Below, one piece after another: positions 25,334 to 35,070 of a DNA stretch of 64,000 bases. This DNA comes from a virus (Duplodnaviria > Caudoviricetes), in the IMG/VR virus record IMGVR_UViG_3300028485_000003, positions 2,247 to 66,246 of that record; one strand, written 5' to 3'. A program made the position numbers and the translations under genes. Within the stretch, counting starts at the first letter, position 1; every line of letters begins with the position of its first letter. The notes beneath the pieces were generated by a model. That model was not told the DNA's origin. It did no database searches and saw only the letters and a program-made list of their open reading frames with translations.

Positions 25334-26125
25334 TTACGCGGTGGTGCTGTCGGTGACGAGGCCGAGCCCGGCGAGCGCGGTGAGGAGAGAGGCGAGGGCT
25401 GCGTTCCCGCCGCGGGATCCGCTGACGGTGGGCTTCGTGGTGGCGGCGGCCCCGTAGAAGCCGAGGCTCGTGCCCAGGTGCCGCAGCGCCAGCGCCACGG
25501 TGAGACCGTCGTCCGTGCGCAGCACGTTCGCCGCGTCCCGGTACAGGACCGTGTCCCGGGCCGCGTTGCCCGGCCCCCACTCCAGGCGGCCGTCGGCGTA
25601 CTGCCGGAACCGGTCGAAGGCGTCGCCGCCGACCAGGCTCGCCCGCGCGGTCGCGCCCGCGGTGCCCAGCGTGGAGTTGATGGTGCCGGTCATCGTCCCG
25701 CCGGCCAGGGGAAGCAGCGCGGCCAGGGCGGCGGCCAGCCCAGTGACCTGCGCCTGAGCCAGCGTCACCGGGTCGTCGCCCGCGGCCGCGTGGCGGGCGG
25801 CGTGGAGGAGCTGCGCGTAGGCGGCGTCCGCTCGGGTCTCCTCGTCGAGGATGTCCTGCTGGGTGGCGGGCTGCGCGGCTGCGCCCACCGCGATGTCGAA
25901 GGCCTCCGAGTCGATGTGGACCCAGTAGCGGCCCTCCTCTACCCAGAACTCCAGGCGGCCGGTGCCGGACGTGCTGGCTGGGTTCGCCAGCGGTACCGTC
26001 CCGGCCGCGTCGGCGTACAGGGTGGCGAGGGTGTTCGTGCTGTGCAGGAACACCCTCGCGGTCACGCTGGTGGCCAGGTCCCCGGAGGGGAACCAGAACA
26101 GCTCGCTGTACTGGGCAAGCGCCAT
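25334..26125 (-). CDS. Virion fibre/decoration-like protein
   Basis: LYADAAGTVPLANP...LLPLAGGTMTG...RDTVLYRDAAN, fibre-type motifs. Confidence 0.55.
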   Translation of the reverse strand: MALAQYSELFWFPSGDLATSVTARVFLHSTNTLATLYADAAGTVPLANPASTSGTGRLEFWVEEGRYWVHIDSEAFDIAVGAAAQPATQQDILDEETRADAAYAQLLHAARHAAAGDDPVTLAQAQVTGLAAALAALLPLAGGTMTGTINSTLGTAGATARASLVGGDAFDRFRQYADGRLEWGPGNAARDTVLYRDAANVLRTDDGLTVALALRHLGTSLGFYGAAATTKPTVSGSRGGNAALASLLTALAGLGLVTDSTTA

Positions 26126-26149
26126 CGGTTCCCTCCCCGGGCCTGTCGG

Positions 26150-26821
26150 TTACAGCGTGGTCGGGTCGCAGGCGATCGTCGGCGGAGCCGTCGTCGTCAC
26201 GTTCCACACCCAGTGCTCGTCGTCGTCGATGGTCTCCCCGGCCGGCAGGTAGTCGGAGGCGACCTGCGCCACCCACTGCGCGGAGGCGCCCTTCGTCTCC
26301 GAGGTGGTCTCCAGGGTGGAGCGGCCGTTCTCGATGACGTACGCGCCGAGCTGGGTGGCGCCGACGTTGGGCCACGCGTTGTAGATGTACCGCTGCTGCC
26401 CGGACGCGTCGCAGGCCCCGGCGCCGGCGACTTCCTGCCACACCTCCAGGCTGTATCGGCGGGTGGGGTTGCCCTCGGCGACCGCGAAGCCGGTGCCGGT
26501 CGTCGGGGTGCCGGAGGTGAGCTCGCGGGCGGAGATCATGAGGGCGACGGCGGACGCGTTGACCTCACAGAACTGCGACGTGAGGTTCATGCGCTTGAGG
26601 GTGGGGTCGTCCTTCTGGTTCACGCACGGTGAGCCGTCCGCGGTCCTCTCGAAAAATTCCACCCCATCTTCGTACTGCGGCTCCATGTTGACCTGCACGA
26701 AGCCCTTGGTGACGGACACCTGCCCGTCGGTGCCGGTGACGGGGACACCGCACGTGTCGAGTTCGATGATCCTCATGTGCGTGCCCTTGATGGGCGTGGC
26801 GCACGTCGAGTGAGTTGCCAT
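26150..26821 (-). CDS. Major tail protein
   Basis: MRIIELDTCGVP...GFVQVNMEPQYEDG; position after capsid genes. Confidence 0.7.
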   Translation of the reverse strand: MATHSTCATPIKGTHMRIIELDTCGVPVTGTDGQVSVTKGFVQVNMEPQYEDGVEFFERTADGSPCVNQKDDPTLKRMNLTSQFCEVNASAVALMISARELTSGTPTTGTGFAVAEGNPTRRYSLEVWQEVAGAGACDASGQQRYIYNAWPNVGATQLGAYVIENGRSTLETTSETKGASAQWVAQVASDYLPAGETIDDDEHWVWNVTTTAPPTIACDPTTL

Positions 26822-26833
26822 GGTCCTGTTCTC

Positions 26834-27712
26834 CTACTCGGTGGGCACGCCCAGGGCGATGTGTGCGGCCAGCAGGCAGCACTCGAAGCCGATCAGGTAC
26901 GTCCGCTCCGCCTGCATGCGCAGCGTGTTGGTGGACCGGTCCAGGGAGTCGCGGACCTGCGTGAAATACACGTCCGACCGGTAGCCGAACGCGGCACCGG
27001 TCGCGTAGATCCACGACGTTCCCGCAGCAGGAGTACTGCCGTCCGGACCGCTGCCCGTGTAGCCGCCCCCGGCGACGATCAGATTCCCGGACGGAGTCAC
27101 CAGCCGGCCGTCGTCGTCGACGCGTGCGAGCTTCCACGCGGCCAGCGTCGGCAGCACTGACCGGGGCACGTGGATCAGGCCCTGGCCCTTGTAGCAGTCG
27201 GCGAGTTCCTGCTCCAGCGCTCCCAGAGCGGTCGCTACGTCCGCGCCGGTGACGACCGGGCTGGCCACCGGCTGCAGAACAACGTCCCCGTCCGTGACCT
27301 CACCGTCTGCGGCGAGGTGCGGGAACACCACCTGCTGCTCGGCGGCGGCACCGGTCCAGAACGCGGTCTCGACCTGGTGCTGCTCGATCCGGATGAGGGC
27401 GTCACGGGCGACGGTCTGTGCGTCGGCCAGCCCGACCGGGGTGCACTGGAACTCGGCGATCACCGTGAACGGCAGCGCCCCCCGATGCTCCTGCTCGACG
27501 TTGGGGGTCTTCGCGGGCGGGGCAGGCGGGGCGCCGGTCCCGGTGACGGACAGGCACTCGTCGTAGGTGGTCGCGCCGGTAGGGCAGCGGTCGGTCCAGG
27601 TGACGCCGCCCTGCCAGTGAGGCCCGTCCGAGGTGGCCTGCTGGATGGTGTCCCACAGGCCGTGCGGCAGGGTGGTGAACACCGTCGGCAGGTCGATCAT
27701 CTGTCGTGCCAT
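26834..27712 (-). CDS. Second capsid protein (putative pentamer protein)
   Basis: 292 aa directly after major capsid gene; WQGGVTW...QHQVETAFWTG. Confidence 0.6.
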   Translation of the reverse strand: MARQMIDLPTVFTTLPHGLWDTIQQATSDGPHWQGGVTWTDRCPTGATTYDECLSVTGTGAPPAPPAKTPNVEQEHRGALPFTVIAEFQCTPVGLADAQTVARDALIRIEQHQVETAFWTGAAAEQQVVFPHLAADGEVTDGDVVLQPVASPVVTGADVATALGALEQELADCYKGQGLIHVPRSVLPTLAAWKLARVDDDGRLVTPSGNLIVAGGGYTGSGPDGSTPAAGTSWIYATGAAFGYRSDVYFTQVRDSLDRSTNTLRMQAERTYLIGFECCLLAAHIALGVPTE

Positions 27713-27757
27713 CAGCGGTCACCACCCTTCAGCGTCGGTTCGGTTCACGGCAGCCGG

Positions 27758-29512
27758 TCAGACTCGGACGGTGCCGGTCAGCAGCGCCGACGAGGAGCCG
27801 TTGACGTTGAAGCCGACCGTGTACCGGCGGGACTCGTGCCCGACCTTCGCGATCAGGTGCGCCTCCTCCGACCACGCCGCCGTGTGATCGTTGGTCGAGT
27901 TGAGGACGCTGTCGCGGACGACGCCGAGGTCGAGGGTCATGCCGTTGCCGTGGATGAACGTGCCGGCGGCGTAGATGAGGAAGTCCACCGTGGTCGGCCA
28001 GGCGGTCATCTTGGTGGCGTTGCCGAACTGGCTGGTGCCGCGGACCTGCCAGTCGTTGACCCACTGGACGGCGATGTTCCGCGAGGTGAAGTACCGGTTC
28101 ACCTCGCTGAGCGGGATGTCGCCCAGTTCGACGCCGGCCTTCCAGGCGAGGTCGGCCTGGATGACGTCGCGGACCCAGTACGGGAAGACGACCTCGAGGA
28201 CGTCCTCGATGCACATGCCGTAGCGGGCCCGGTAGTCGGTGGCGGCGAGGCCGACCGCGTTGTAGATCCGTGGGGCCGCGGCGTCGGTGGCGGTGCCGCC
28301 GATGGAGGTCGCGGAGGTGGAGCGGGCGAGCATGAGCGCGATGAGGCGGGCGTTGATGACGTGCGCGTGCGCGGCCATCAGGAGTTGCAGGGTGTTCTGC
28401 GTCGACTCCGGGTAGGCGTCGTCGGTGAGGTTGCCCGCGGTCAGGCAGTAGCCGTATGCCTCGAGCCTCTCCTCGTCGAAGTCGGGGCAGGGGACGCGCA
28501 TGCACGGCTTGGTGGGGGAGCCGGTGGCGGCGGCGATGTCGTCGGCCTCGGTCCACAGCCACGGGTTCGACTCGTTGCTGAACGTGGCGGCGAATCCAGC
28601 GAAGGCGTCGCCGCCGGCGAGGGCGTCGGCGAGGCTCGGGGAGACGGGGAACTGGATGCCGCCGCGGGTGACGCCGAAGGTCGGCAGGTCGATCATGCCG
28701 GACTCGCAGGCGATGTTGAAGAAGTCGTAGCGCGTCTCGGACGGCGCGCACCAGCCGCCGCCTGCGACGAGCGCGGCCTGCTTGTCGGGACCGGTGAGGT
28801 AGTGGATGAGGTCCTTGATCTCGCCGCGGGTGGTGCGGTTGTCGACGCTGTGGGAGAAGTCGTTGCGGACGGACGCGACGAGCTGCTCGCTGGGCTGCCC
28901 GGAGGTGACCGGCATCGACTTGGCCTTGCGGGCCGTGACCTCGGCGAGCGCGGTGAGGCTGGTGATGCCCTCGCCGCGGGCGACGCCGGGGATGTCGACG
29001 GAGGCGGTGACGGCCAGGCGCTGCTCGCGGACCTGGGGGGTGGGGGCGTGCTGCGCGGTCTCGGCGAGGCTGGCGGTGGCGCGGCGGGCGATCTCCTCGG
29101 GGCGGACGCTGCCGCCCTTGCGGTCCATCATCAGCGTGGCCATGCCGGCGGTGACACCGCGTGCGGCGGCGGCGGCGATGGCTTCGATGTCGACGGCCGG
29201 GGCCTGCTCGGCCTGGGCCTGGGCGGTGGGGGCGCCGTTGACGCGGGCCTGGAGCTGGGAGAGCTGGTCGGCGACGCGGGCCTGCTGGAGGGAGGCCTGC
29301 TGTTCGGCGCGGACCTCGCGGACGCGGAGTTCGGCGCGGATGCGGTCGAGGTCGTCGGTCAGGCGCATCGCGTAGGCGAGCGTGTCGGGCTCGACGTTGT
29401 CGAGGCCGCTGACGCGCTCGAACTCGGTGACCGCGCGGGTCTCCAGCTCGGTGAGGTCGGTGTCGGACGCGAGGGTGAGATCGGACGGGGCGCTGAACAG
29501 CTCGTCGGCCAC
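27758..29512 (-). CDS. Major capsid (hexamer) protein with N-terminal scaffold-like region
   Basis: Coiled-coil N-terminus; ALVAGGGWCAPSE, GVTRGGIQF motifs recalled from mycobacteriophage cluster-B-type capsids. Confidence 0.8.
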   Translation of the reverse strand: MADELFSAPSDLTLASDTDLTELETRAVTEFERVSGLDNVEPDTLAYAMRLTDDLDRIRAELRVREVRAEQQASLQQARVADQLSQLQARVNGAPTAQAQAEQAPAVDIEAIAAAAARGVTAGMATLMMDRKGGSVRPEEIARRATASLAETAQHAPTPQVREQRLAVTASVDIPGVARGEGITSLTALAEVTARKAKSMPVTSGQPSEQLVASVRNDFSHSVDNRTTRGEIKDLIHYLTGPDKQAALVAGGGWCAPSETRYDFFNIACESGMIDLPTFGVTRGGIQFPVSPSLADALAGGDAFAGFAATFSNESNPWLWTEADDIAAATGSPTKPCMRVPCPDFDEERLEAYGYCLTAGNLTDDAYPESTQNTLQLLMAAHAHVINARLIALMLARSTSATSIGGTATDAAAPRIYNAVGLAATDYRARYGMCIEDVLEVVFPYWVRDVIQADLAWKAGVELGDIPLSEVNRYFTSRNIAVQWVNDWQVRGTSQFGNATKMTAWPTTVDFLIYAAGTFIHGNGMTLDLGVVRDSVLNSTNDHTAAWSEEAHLIAKVGHESRRYTVGFNVNGSSSALLTGTVRV

Positions 29513-29703
29513 GGTGTCCTCCGGATCGAAGGGTGTTGTGCGCCCAGATGTTGGCGCCCTTTTGACCGGAGGTTAGCGCATAGCACACAGACCGGCAAAG
29601 ATCAAAATATCTTCACCGGTCCGCATAATAGAAGGTCAGAGGCTTGCCGGAGGCGGAGGCGGAGGCTTCGGCCGCCGCTTCTTATTGCAACTGCACACGC
29701 TGT

Positions 29704-32661
29704 TCACCTCCCCCCAGGATGGACCCGACGCGACAGCATCCGCATCACGATCCGCACCGCATCCCGCTCCAGATCCGACTGCGACCGCCCCCACGCCACC
29801 GTCGGCCGGCCCGCCGCAAGCAGCGCCTGCGGCTCCCCACTGGCCACCCGCGCGCGCATCTTCGGCACCGGGAAACCAGGCACGTTCACCGCCAGCAGCC
29901 CGACGAGCCGCAACTGGCCGCCGATCCGCCGCCAGTCGCCGGACACCTGGCCCGCGGCCTGGAGCTCGTACACCTTCAGCGGATCCGCGCCCGGCCGGAC
30001 CGCACCCGCCACCCAGATCCCGTTCGCGTCGTTGCCGACCGCCACATCCGCCACCGCGGCGCCGGTGTTGTCGTAGTGCTCCGCCGCCGGTGACGCCCCC
30101 AGGTGCAGCGGCGCGTGCCCGGTACCCACGGTGATCTGACCGACCGCCACCCGCGTCCCGTCCGCGCACACGACCTCGCCGGTGCGGTAGTACGGGTGCT
30201 GCTCTTCGTGCGGCGGCTGCACGCACACGTCCTCCTGCCCGATGTGGCAGGCCCCCCACTGCGCGGCGTGCCCGTAGATCCGGCCGTCGTCCGTGACCGT
30301 GATCGGCGTCGGCAGCGACAGATTCGGGTCGGAGAACCAGGCGGCCGGAGGGCGCCACATCTCCGCGGACGCGGTCAGCTCGGGCACGGACCGCAGCGGC
30401 TCCCGCTCCTCGTCTCCGGCGCCCTGGAGTTCCAGGAGTTCGGCCGCGGTGACGGGCTGCCCGCCGGCCACGACCGCACCGGCCTCGTCGAGGAGCGCGA
30501 TGTACGCCTCGGCGAACGCCGGGATATCCACGAGGGTCGCGGCACGGATCCGGCCGCCGTGGAAGATGACCTTCTCGGGCTGGGCGAACAACATCTCGAA
30601 CATGTCCGGCTCGTCGCCCTGGTCGTCGCTGTCGCCGGTTCCGGCGTTGACGTCGTCGGGCCACACGAACTCCGTGTCCGCGTCGGCGATGGAGTCGGCG
30701 TCGATGCTCACCCCGCGGAGGAACTTGCCTTCGATCTTCGCGTGGACGCGGCGGCCGTCCTCGTCGGACAGGTCGAGGACTCCGGAGCCCATGACCTTGC
30801 TGCCGTCGCGCCAGATCCGGTCGATGCGGCCCACGTTGACGGCGATGGTGCGGGGCTCGCCGCCGTGGGAGTCTTCCTTGTTCCAGCGCAGGGGGATGGG
30901 CAGGTCGGCCCAGGTGAGGGCGCCTTCGGCGAACTCGCGGCCGTCGCCGGTGACGATGCCCTCAACGGCGAGGGGGCCCTCCCACGGGGCGGTCTGGCCG
31001 CCGTAGTCCATGCTGTCGTCGTCGGGCTTGTTGTCCTCGCTCTTGTCGTCGTCCATCTCGGCGCACGCCGCGTCGGCCTCCGCCTGCGTGGCGAAGCAGC
31101 CCGCGAGTTCGCCGTCTTCGTCGGTGACGGCCCACGGCGTTTCGGCACCGCAGTCCGGGTGGTCCTGCACTGTGCGGAACACGGTGCCTCCCTGCTCGTG
31201 ATCGTTGGGTGGGATTGTGGCCGCAGCAAGCGCCATGATCGTTCCGGCCGCGTCCTGCTCGGCGTCTTCGTCCTCGTTCCACACCGCGACCACGAACCCC
31301 CGGCAGCGGTCGCCGCCCTGGCAGTCGGTGTAGCCGCCCGTCGGGTACGCCGCGCGCGCTTCGGCCAGCGACGCGTAGCGGGTGCCGTCCACATCCCGGC
31401 ACGGGCCGCATGAGCTCTTGTCGAGGGCTTCCGTACTCACATAGGTTCCGGGCGGGGCGACCGCGAGGACGGCCATGCGGCCCTCGTTCTGCGCCGCCGA
31501 CATCGCACCCCCGACCGCCTGCCGCACCGAAGCGTCGGACAGGTCGGCGAGGTGCTCGTCGACCTGAGCCGCAACCTGGTCGGGGCTGCCGGAGCCGAAC
31601 AGGCGCATCGCCCGGCGCACCCCCGAGGCGACGAGGTTCGCCCCGGTGAGGCGGGCCGTCGTCCGGGCCACCTGCCTGATCCGATCCCGGAACGCCGCCG
31701 CGACGACAGCCTCGTCGTCCAGCGACCACTCCGGCACCGTGACGCCCTGCGCTTCGGCCTCCGCCTGCTGGGCTTCTCCCGCCTCCCGCGCGTAGCGGAT
31801 CATGCGTGCGGTCAGCAGGGCGGCGGCCGATTCGGTGTCCACGGTCAGGTCGTCCAGCGCGGCCAGGTTGTCAGCCTCGGCGGCAGCCTGGACAGCAACG
31901 GTGATCTCCTCGCGCTGCGCCCGCTGGATGTCCGCCCACGCTGCGATCGTGTCGTCGACGGCCTGGTGCCAGGCCTGGTCCATGGCGGCGAAGTCGATGC
32001 GGGAGCGGGTCTCCAGGTCGGTGGGCTGACGGCGCAGCGGCCCGGCCGCAGCGGTGATGCTGCCGCTGAGGGGGATGTCCGTGTGGTCCCCGGCGAACGC
32101 GACCCGCACCCGGTCGAAGGTGACCGGGCCGAGACGCTCCTCCAGCGCGATGATCAGGTCCAGCTCGGACGAATACGCTGCACAGACGTGGGCGACCCAG
32201 GGCGTATGCGGCGCGGGCAACTCCACGTCCATCGGCGCCATCAGCAACGCCTCTTCGGCCATCTCGTGCGCGGCCTCCAGCGAAGGGCCTTGCTCCGCAT
32301 CGTCGCCGACGGACCACACCCACGACGGCTCGTCACCGTTGCCGTTCCAGTGCGCGGCGCCGAACAGCTTCGACCTGATCGGCGGCATTCCCTGGGCGAG
32401 ATGGCGCACGGAGTCCACGATCGTGGCGCGCGCGCTCTCGTCGAAATCGGCGCCCTTGCCCAGGTATCGGAGCGTGCAGTGCAGCTGCTCGGCGTCCTCG
32501 CCGCCCTCGATCGCCAGCCGGGCCGCGTCCTCCGCCGTGGGCATCAGCGCGATCATTGCGCCGGATGTGTGCGAGCCGTCTGCCGCCGCAGTCAGCTGCG
32601 CCAGACCCTCCCGGCTCACGAAGTCCCGGAGGTCCGGCCGGCTACCTGCGCGCGTACCCAT
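29704..32661 (-). CDS. 2H phosphoesterase + MuF-like + maturation protease/scaffold fusion
   Basis: N-terminal HCTL and HVCA motifs; MuF-type QNEGR...CGPC...CQGGDRCRG; C-terminal domain positioned between portal and capsid genes. Confidence 0.7.
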   Translation of the reverse strand: MGTRAGSRPDLRDFVSREGLAQLTAAADGSHTSGAMIALMPTAEDAARLAIEGGEDAEQLHCTLRYLGKGADFDESARATIVDSVRHLAQGMPPIRSKLFGAAHWNGNGDEPSWVWSVGDDAEQGPSLEAAHEMAEEALLMAPMDVELPAPHTPWVAHVCAAYSSELDLIIALEERLGPVTFDRVRVAFAGDHTDIPLSGSITAAAGPLRRQPTDLETRSRIDFAAMDQAWHQAVDDTIAAWADIQRAQREEITVAVQAAAEADNLAALDDLTVDTESAAALLTARMIRYAREAGEAQQAEAEAQGVTVPEWSLDDEAVVAAAFRDRIRQVARTTARLTGANLVASGVRRAMRLFGSGSPDQVAAQVDEHLADLSDASVRQAVGGAMSAAQNEGRMAVLAVAPPGTYVSTEALDKSSCGPCRDVDGTRYASLAEARAAYPTGGYTDCQGGDRCRGFVVAVWNEDEDAEQDAAGTIMALAAATIPPNDHEQGGTVFRTVQDHPDCGAETPWAVTDEDGELAGCFATQAEADAACAEMDDDKSEDNKPDDDSMDYGGQTAPWEGPLAVEGIVTGDGREFAEGALTWADLPIPLRWNKEDSHGGEPRTIAVNVGRIDRIWRDGSKVMGSGVLDLSDEDGRRVHAKIEGKFLRGVSIDADSIADADTEFVWPDDVNAGTGDSDDQGDEPDMFEMLFAQPEKVIFHGGRIRAATLVDIPAFAEAYIALLDEAGAVVAGGQPVTAAELLELQGAGDEEREPLRSVPELTASAEMWRPPAAWFSDPNLSLPTPITVTDDGRIYGHAAQWGACHIGQEDVCVQPPHEEQHPYYRTGEVVCADGTRVAVGQITVGTGHAPLHLGASPAAEHYDNTGAAVADVAVGNDANGIWVAGAVRPGADPLKVYELQAAGQVSGDWRRIGGQLRLVGLLAVNVPGFPVPKMRARVASGEPQALLAAGRPTVAWGRSQSDLERDAVRIVMRMLSRRVHPGGR
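31214..31247 (-). promoter_or_regulatory. Putative internal late promoter within the MuF fusion gene
   Basis: CCGGAACGAT-N18-CACAAT, followed by GGAGG SD and in-frame GTG at 31182. Confidence 0.5.
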
Positions 32662-34438
32662 TGCTGCTCCGAGTCGTCGTCGAGAAGAAGCCGCTGGTGT
32701 CCATGAGCGGGGCGTGCCGGCCGATCGTGAACCGGCCGAAGCTGTCGAGGCGGGCCTCGTACACCCCGGACGTCCCCGGCCGCGGCAAGCTGTGGAGCTT
32801 CAAGGCGGCGTGCGTGAACGGACAGCTGTAGGCGTGCTGTGCGCACAGGCCCGGGTGCAGCAACTCCGGCGGCCGGCCCGTCGCGAACTTCACCGCGTGC
32901 AGCACCTGCGCCTGCTGCACCAGTCGTTCCTGACGCGCGGCCGCCGCAGCCTGCCGGGCCTGCTCCGCCCCCGGTGGCTCCCCGGCGTTCGGTGCGTCCC
33001 GGGCGTCCGGCTCTGGCGGCTCGGGCTGGTCGGCCTGCTCCGCGGCCTCGGCTGGTGTGGCCGCGGCGACGGGGGTGATGTCGACGCGCTCGCCGATGAG
33101 GGTGGACAGTGCGGACCCGGCGCCGGACGGCAGCGTTTTGATGATGACCTTGAGGGCTTGCTCCTTGAGTTCCTCGTCGCTCGGCTTGTCCGCTTCGTCG
33201 AAGCCGGTCTCGCGGCGAAGCGCGGCGCCGTCGATCTCCAGCCGGTCGTACAGCTGGATGGCGTTGTCGGAGCGGTCGGGGCGCAGGGTGAGCTCGGACA
33301 TGTCGTACCAGACGACCCACGACGCCCAGTCCTCCACATGGGAGGCGCGGAGGCGGGGCTGAAGGTAGCCGGTGGTGATTGCCTGGCAGATCGTCTCGGC
33401 GTCCGGCGCGATGTTCACCTTCAGCGATGTCTCGTCGACGGCCCAGGCGTTCCAGTGGTTGAGATCGCCCATGCCGAGGAGGACTTCGGGCGGGATGTTC
33501 AGCTGGGTCGCGAGCCGCTTGATTGCGGACTCGCGCTTGTCGATGATCTTGTCGTCGATCTGCAGGGTGAAGTCCAGGTGCCGGATCTTGTCGACGTACT
33601 CGGCAGGCACCTTGATCGGGATCGGCACCGTCGCGGCCGCCGTCCCTGGGGTGCGGATCGCCTCCGCCGCGATCTCGATCCACTCCGCCATGAACGGATC
33701 CGGCGCGTCCGCGAACTCCTCCCGCACCGGAAATGTGATCTCGTCCGGGACCAGCCACACACCGGCCGACGCCAGCCGGGACAGGTACTGGGCGACGATG
33801 TGCCGGTTGACCAGCTCTAGCTCACGCATCGTCGTGCGCGCCGCCCGGGCGGGGCTGTCGGCGAGGTGGTGATATCGCTTGTTCGGCTTCCACACCCGGA
33901 TGGGCGGCATCGAGTCCTGGGCGAGGGGCCGCCAGTTGTGGCCGGTGGTGGGGCTGTTCTCGTCGATGACCTCGTAGTGGCCGCGCGCCGCCCGCACCTC
34001 GTCGATGGAGCGGACGGACCACTTCTCGATACCGCTGGCGTTCTCGACGATGAGGTAGCCCTCGCCGGGCACGGTGAGCTGGGTGCCGAGCCCGTCCATG
34101 ATCTGAGCCTGTCCGGCCGGGCCGCCCGCGAACTGCGTCATCAGGTCCACGGCGGTGCCGGCCTTCGCGCGGACGGGCTCGTCGACGCCGGGCTCGAGCT
34201 TCGCCGCGTAGAGGCGGACGCGGGAGAGCATCTTCGATTCCCAGTCGACTGCGTACCGGAATTCGCCGAGGGCGTCGTGGAATTGCCAGACCTCCTCCTG
34301 CCACATGTCGGTGGTGCGGAGGAGGTGGGTGCGGGGTTCTTTGACGGGGGCTGCGGCGGCGGTGAGGGCTGGTGGCTGGAGGGGTGGGGCTGCGGCGGGC
34401 AGGGGGCCGCGTCGAGTAAAGGTGTGCCACCAGGCCAC
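32642..34438 (-). CDS. Portal protein
   Basis: About 598 aa after terminase; SRLASAGVWLVPDE, LNIPPEVLLGMGDLNHW; GGAGG SD before GTG. Confidence 0.85.
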   Translation of the reverse strand: MAWWHTFTRRGPLPAAAPPLQPPALTAAAAPVKEPRTHLLRTTDMWQEEVWQFHDALGEFRYAVDWESKMLSRVRLYAAKLEPGVDEPVRAKAGTAVDLMTQFAGGPAGQAQIMDGLGTQLTVPGEGYLIVENASGIEKWSVRSIDEVRAARGHYEVIDENSPTTGHNWRPLAQDSMPPIRVWKPNKRYHHLADSPARAARTTMRELELVNRHIVAQYLSRLASAGVWLVPDEITFPVREEFADAPDPFMAEWIEIAAEAIRTPGTAAATVPIPIKVPAEYVDKIRHLDFTLQIDDKIIDKRESAIKRLATQLNIPPEVLLGMGDLNHWNAWAVDETSLKVNIAPDAETICQAITTGYLQPRLRASHVEDWASWVVWYDMSELTLRPDRSDNAIQLYDRLEIDGAALRRETGFDEADKPSDEELKEQALKVIIKTLPSGAGSALSTLIGERVDITPVAAATPAEAAEQADQPEPPEPDARDAPNAGEPPGAEQARQAAAAARQERLVQQAQVLHAVKFATGRPPELLHPGLCAQHAYSCPFTHAALKLHSLPRPGTSGVYEARLDSFGRFTIGRHAPLMDTSGFFSTTTRSSNGYARR

Positions 34439-34468
34439 GGTCGCCTCCAGTGCGTGGGTCTGGGGCGC

Positions 34469-34501
34469 AGGGTAGGTACGGGCTGACGAAGATCGTTCCG
34501 G
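34469..34501 (-). promoter_or_regulatory. Putative late promoter
   Basis: CCGGAACGAT-N17-TACCCT upstream of portal. Confidence 0.65.
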
Positions 34502-34635
34502 GGTGTGAGTGAGGGCCGTCCGTGATGCGCGACACGGACGGCCCTCAACCACCACACCCCGGAGCCCGCCAGGCCCCGGGTCTCCTACCCGCCGCGAATG
34601 CTACGGCCCTCCGCGCCCACCGCGTTCCGGACGGA

Positions 34636-35070
34636 TCACGCCCACTCCTGCGCCGCCAGCAACGCGCCCGCGCCCCACACCGCCGCCCACACCAACACCG
34701 GCAGCGGCAGACCGGCCGTCGCCCACACCCCTGCCGTCACCCCGGCCGCGACCCAACCCGACGCGCACCAGGGGCAGGAGATCAGCTCAGCCAGCCAGAA
34801 CGGCGACCGCTTCCACCGACGCCCGTAGATCTGCAACTCCCCGTCGACGAGGCTGAACATGCCGAGACCAGCGACGGCCCTCAGACAGCCCTCCTCGACT
34901 TCCCCCTGCGGGTACAGATCGTGGTGCTGCTCCTTCATCGTCGGCTCGCGCCACCCGCCGACGAGCCGGTCCCGCAGCCACAGCACCGGCGGAAACGTGT
35001 CCTCCACCACCAACTTCGTCCCCCGGTACGTCGCCAGCGACATCACAACCAGCAGCAGCCACACATCCAT
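34636..35070 (-). CDS. DUF1360-like membrane protein
   Basis: LATYRGTKLVVEDTF...LISCPWCASGWVA. Confidence 0.7.
   Translation of the reverse strand: MDVWLLLVVMSLATYRGTKLVVEDTFPPVLWLRDRLVGGWREPTMKEQHHDLYPQGEVEEGCLRAVAGLGMFSLVDGELQIYGRRWKRSPFWLAELISCPWCASGWVAAGVTAGVWATAGLPLPVLVWAAVWGAGALLAAQEWA

Noticed and set aside
29520-29635. Copy of the late promoter motif upstream of the major capsid gene
   Set aside because: Region is A/T-rich and promoter-like, but no CCGGAA-N21-YACNNT match at the correct spacing was found
27170-30076. 968-aa plus-strand ORF, and similar ones at 42432-44513 and 60604-62535
   Set aside because: Shadows of capsid, phosphatase and helicase genes; only the last 63 codons of 60604-62535 look like a real gene
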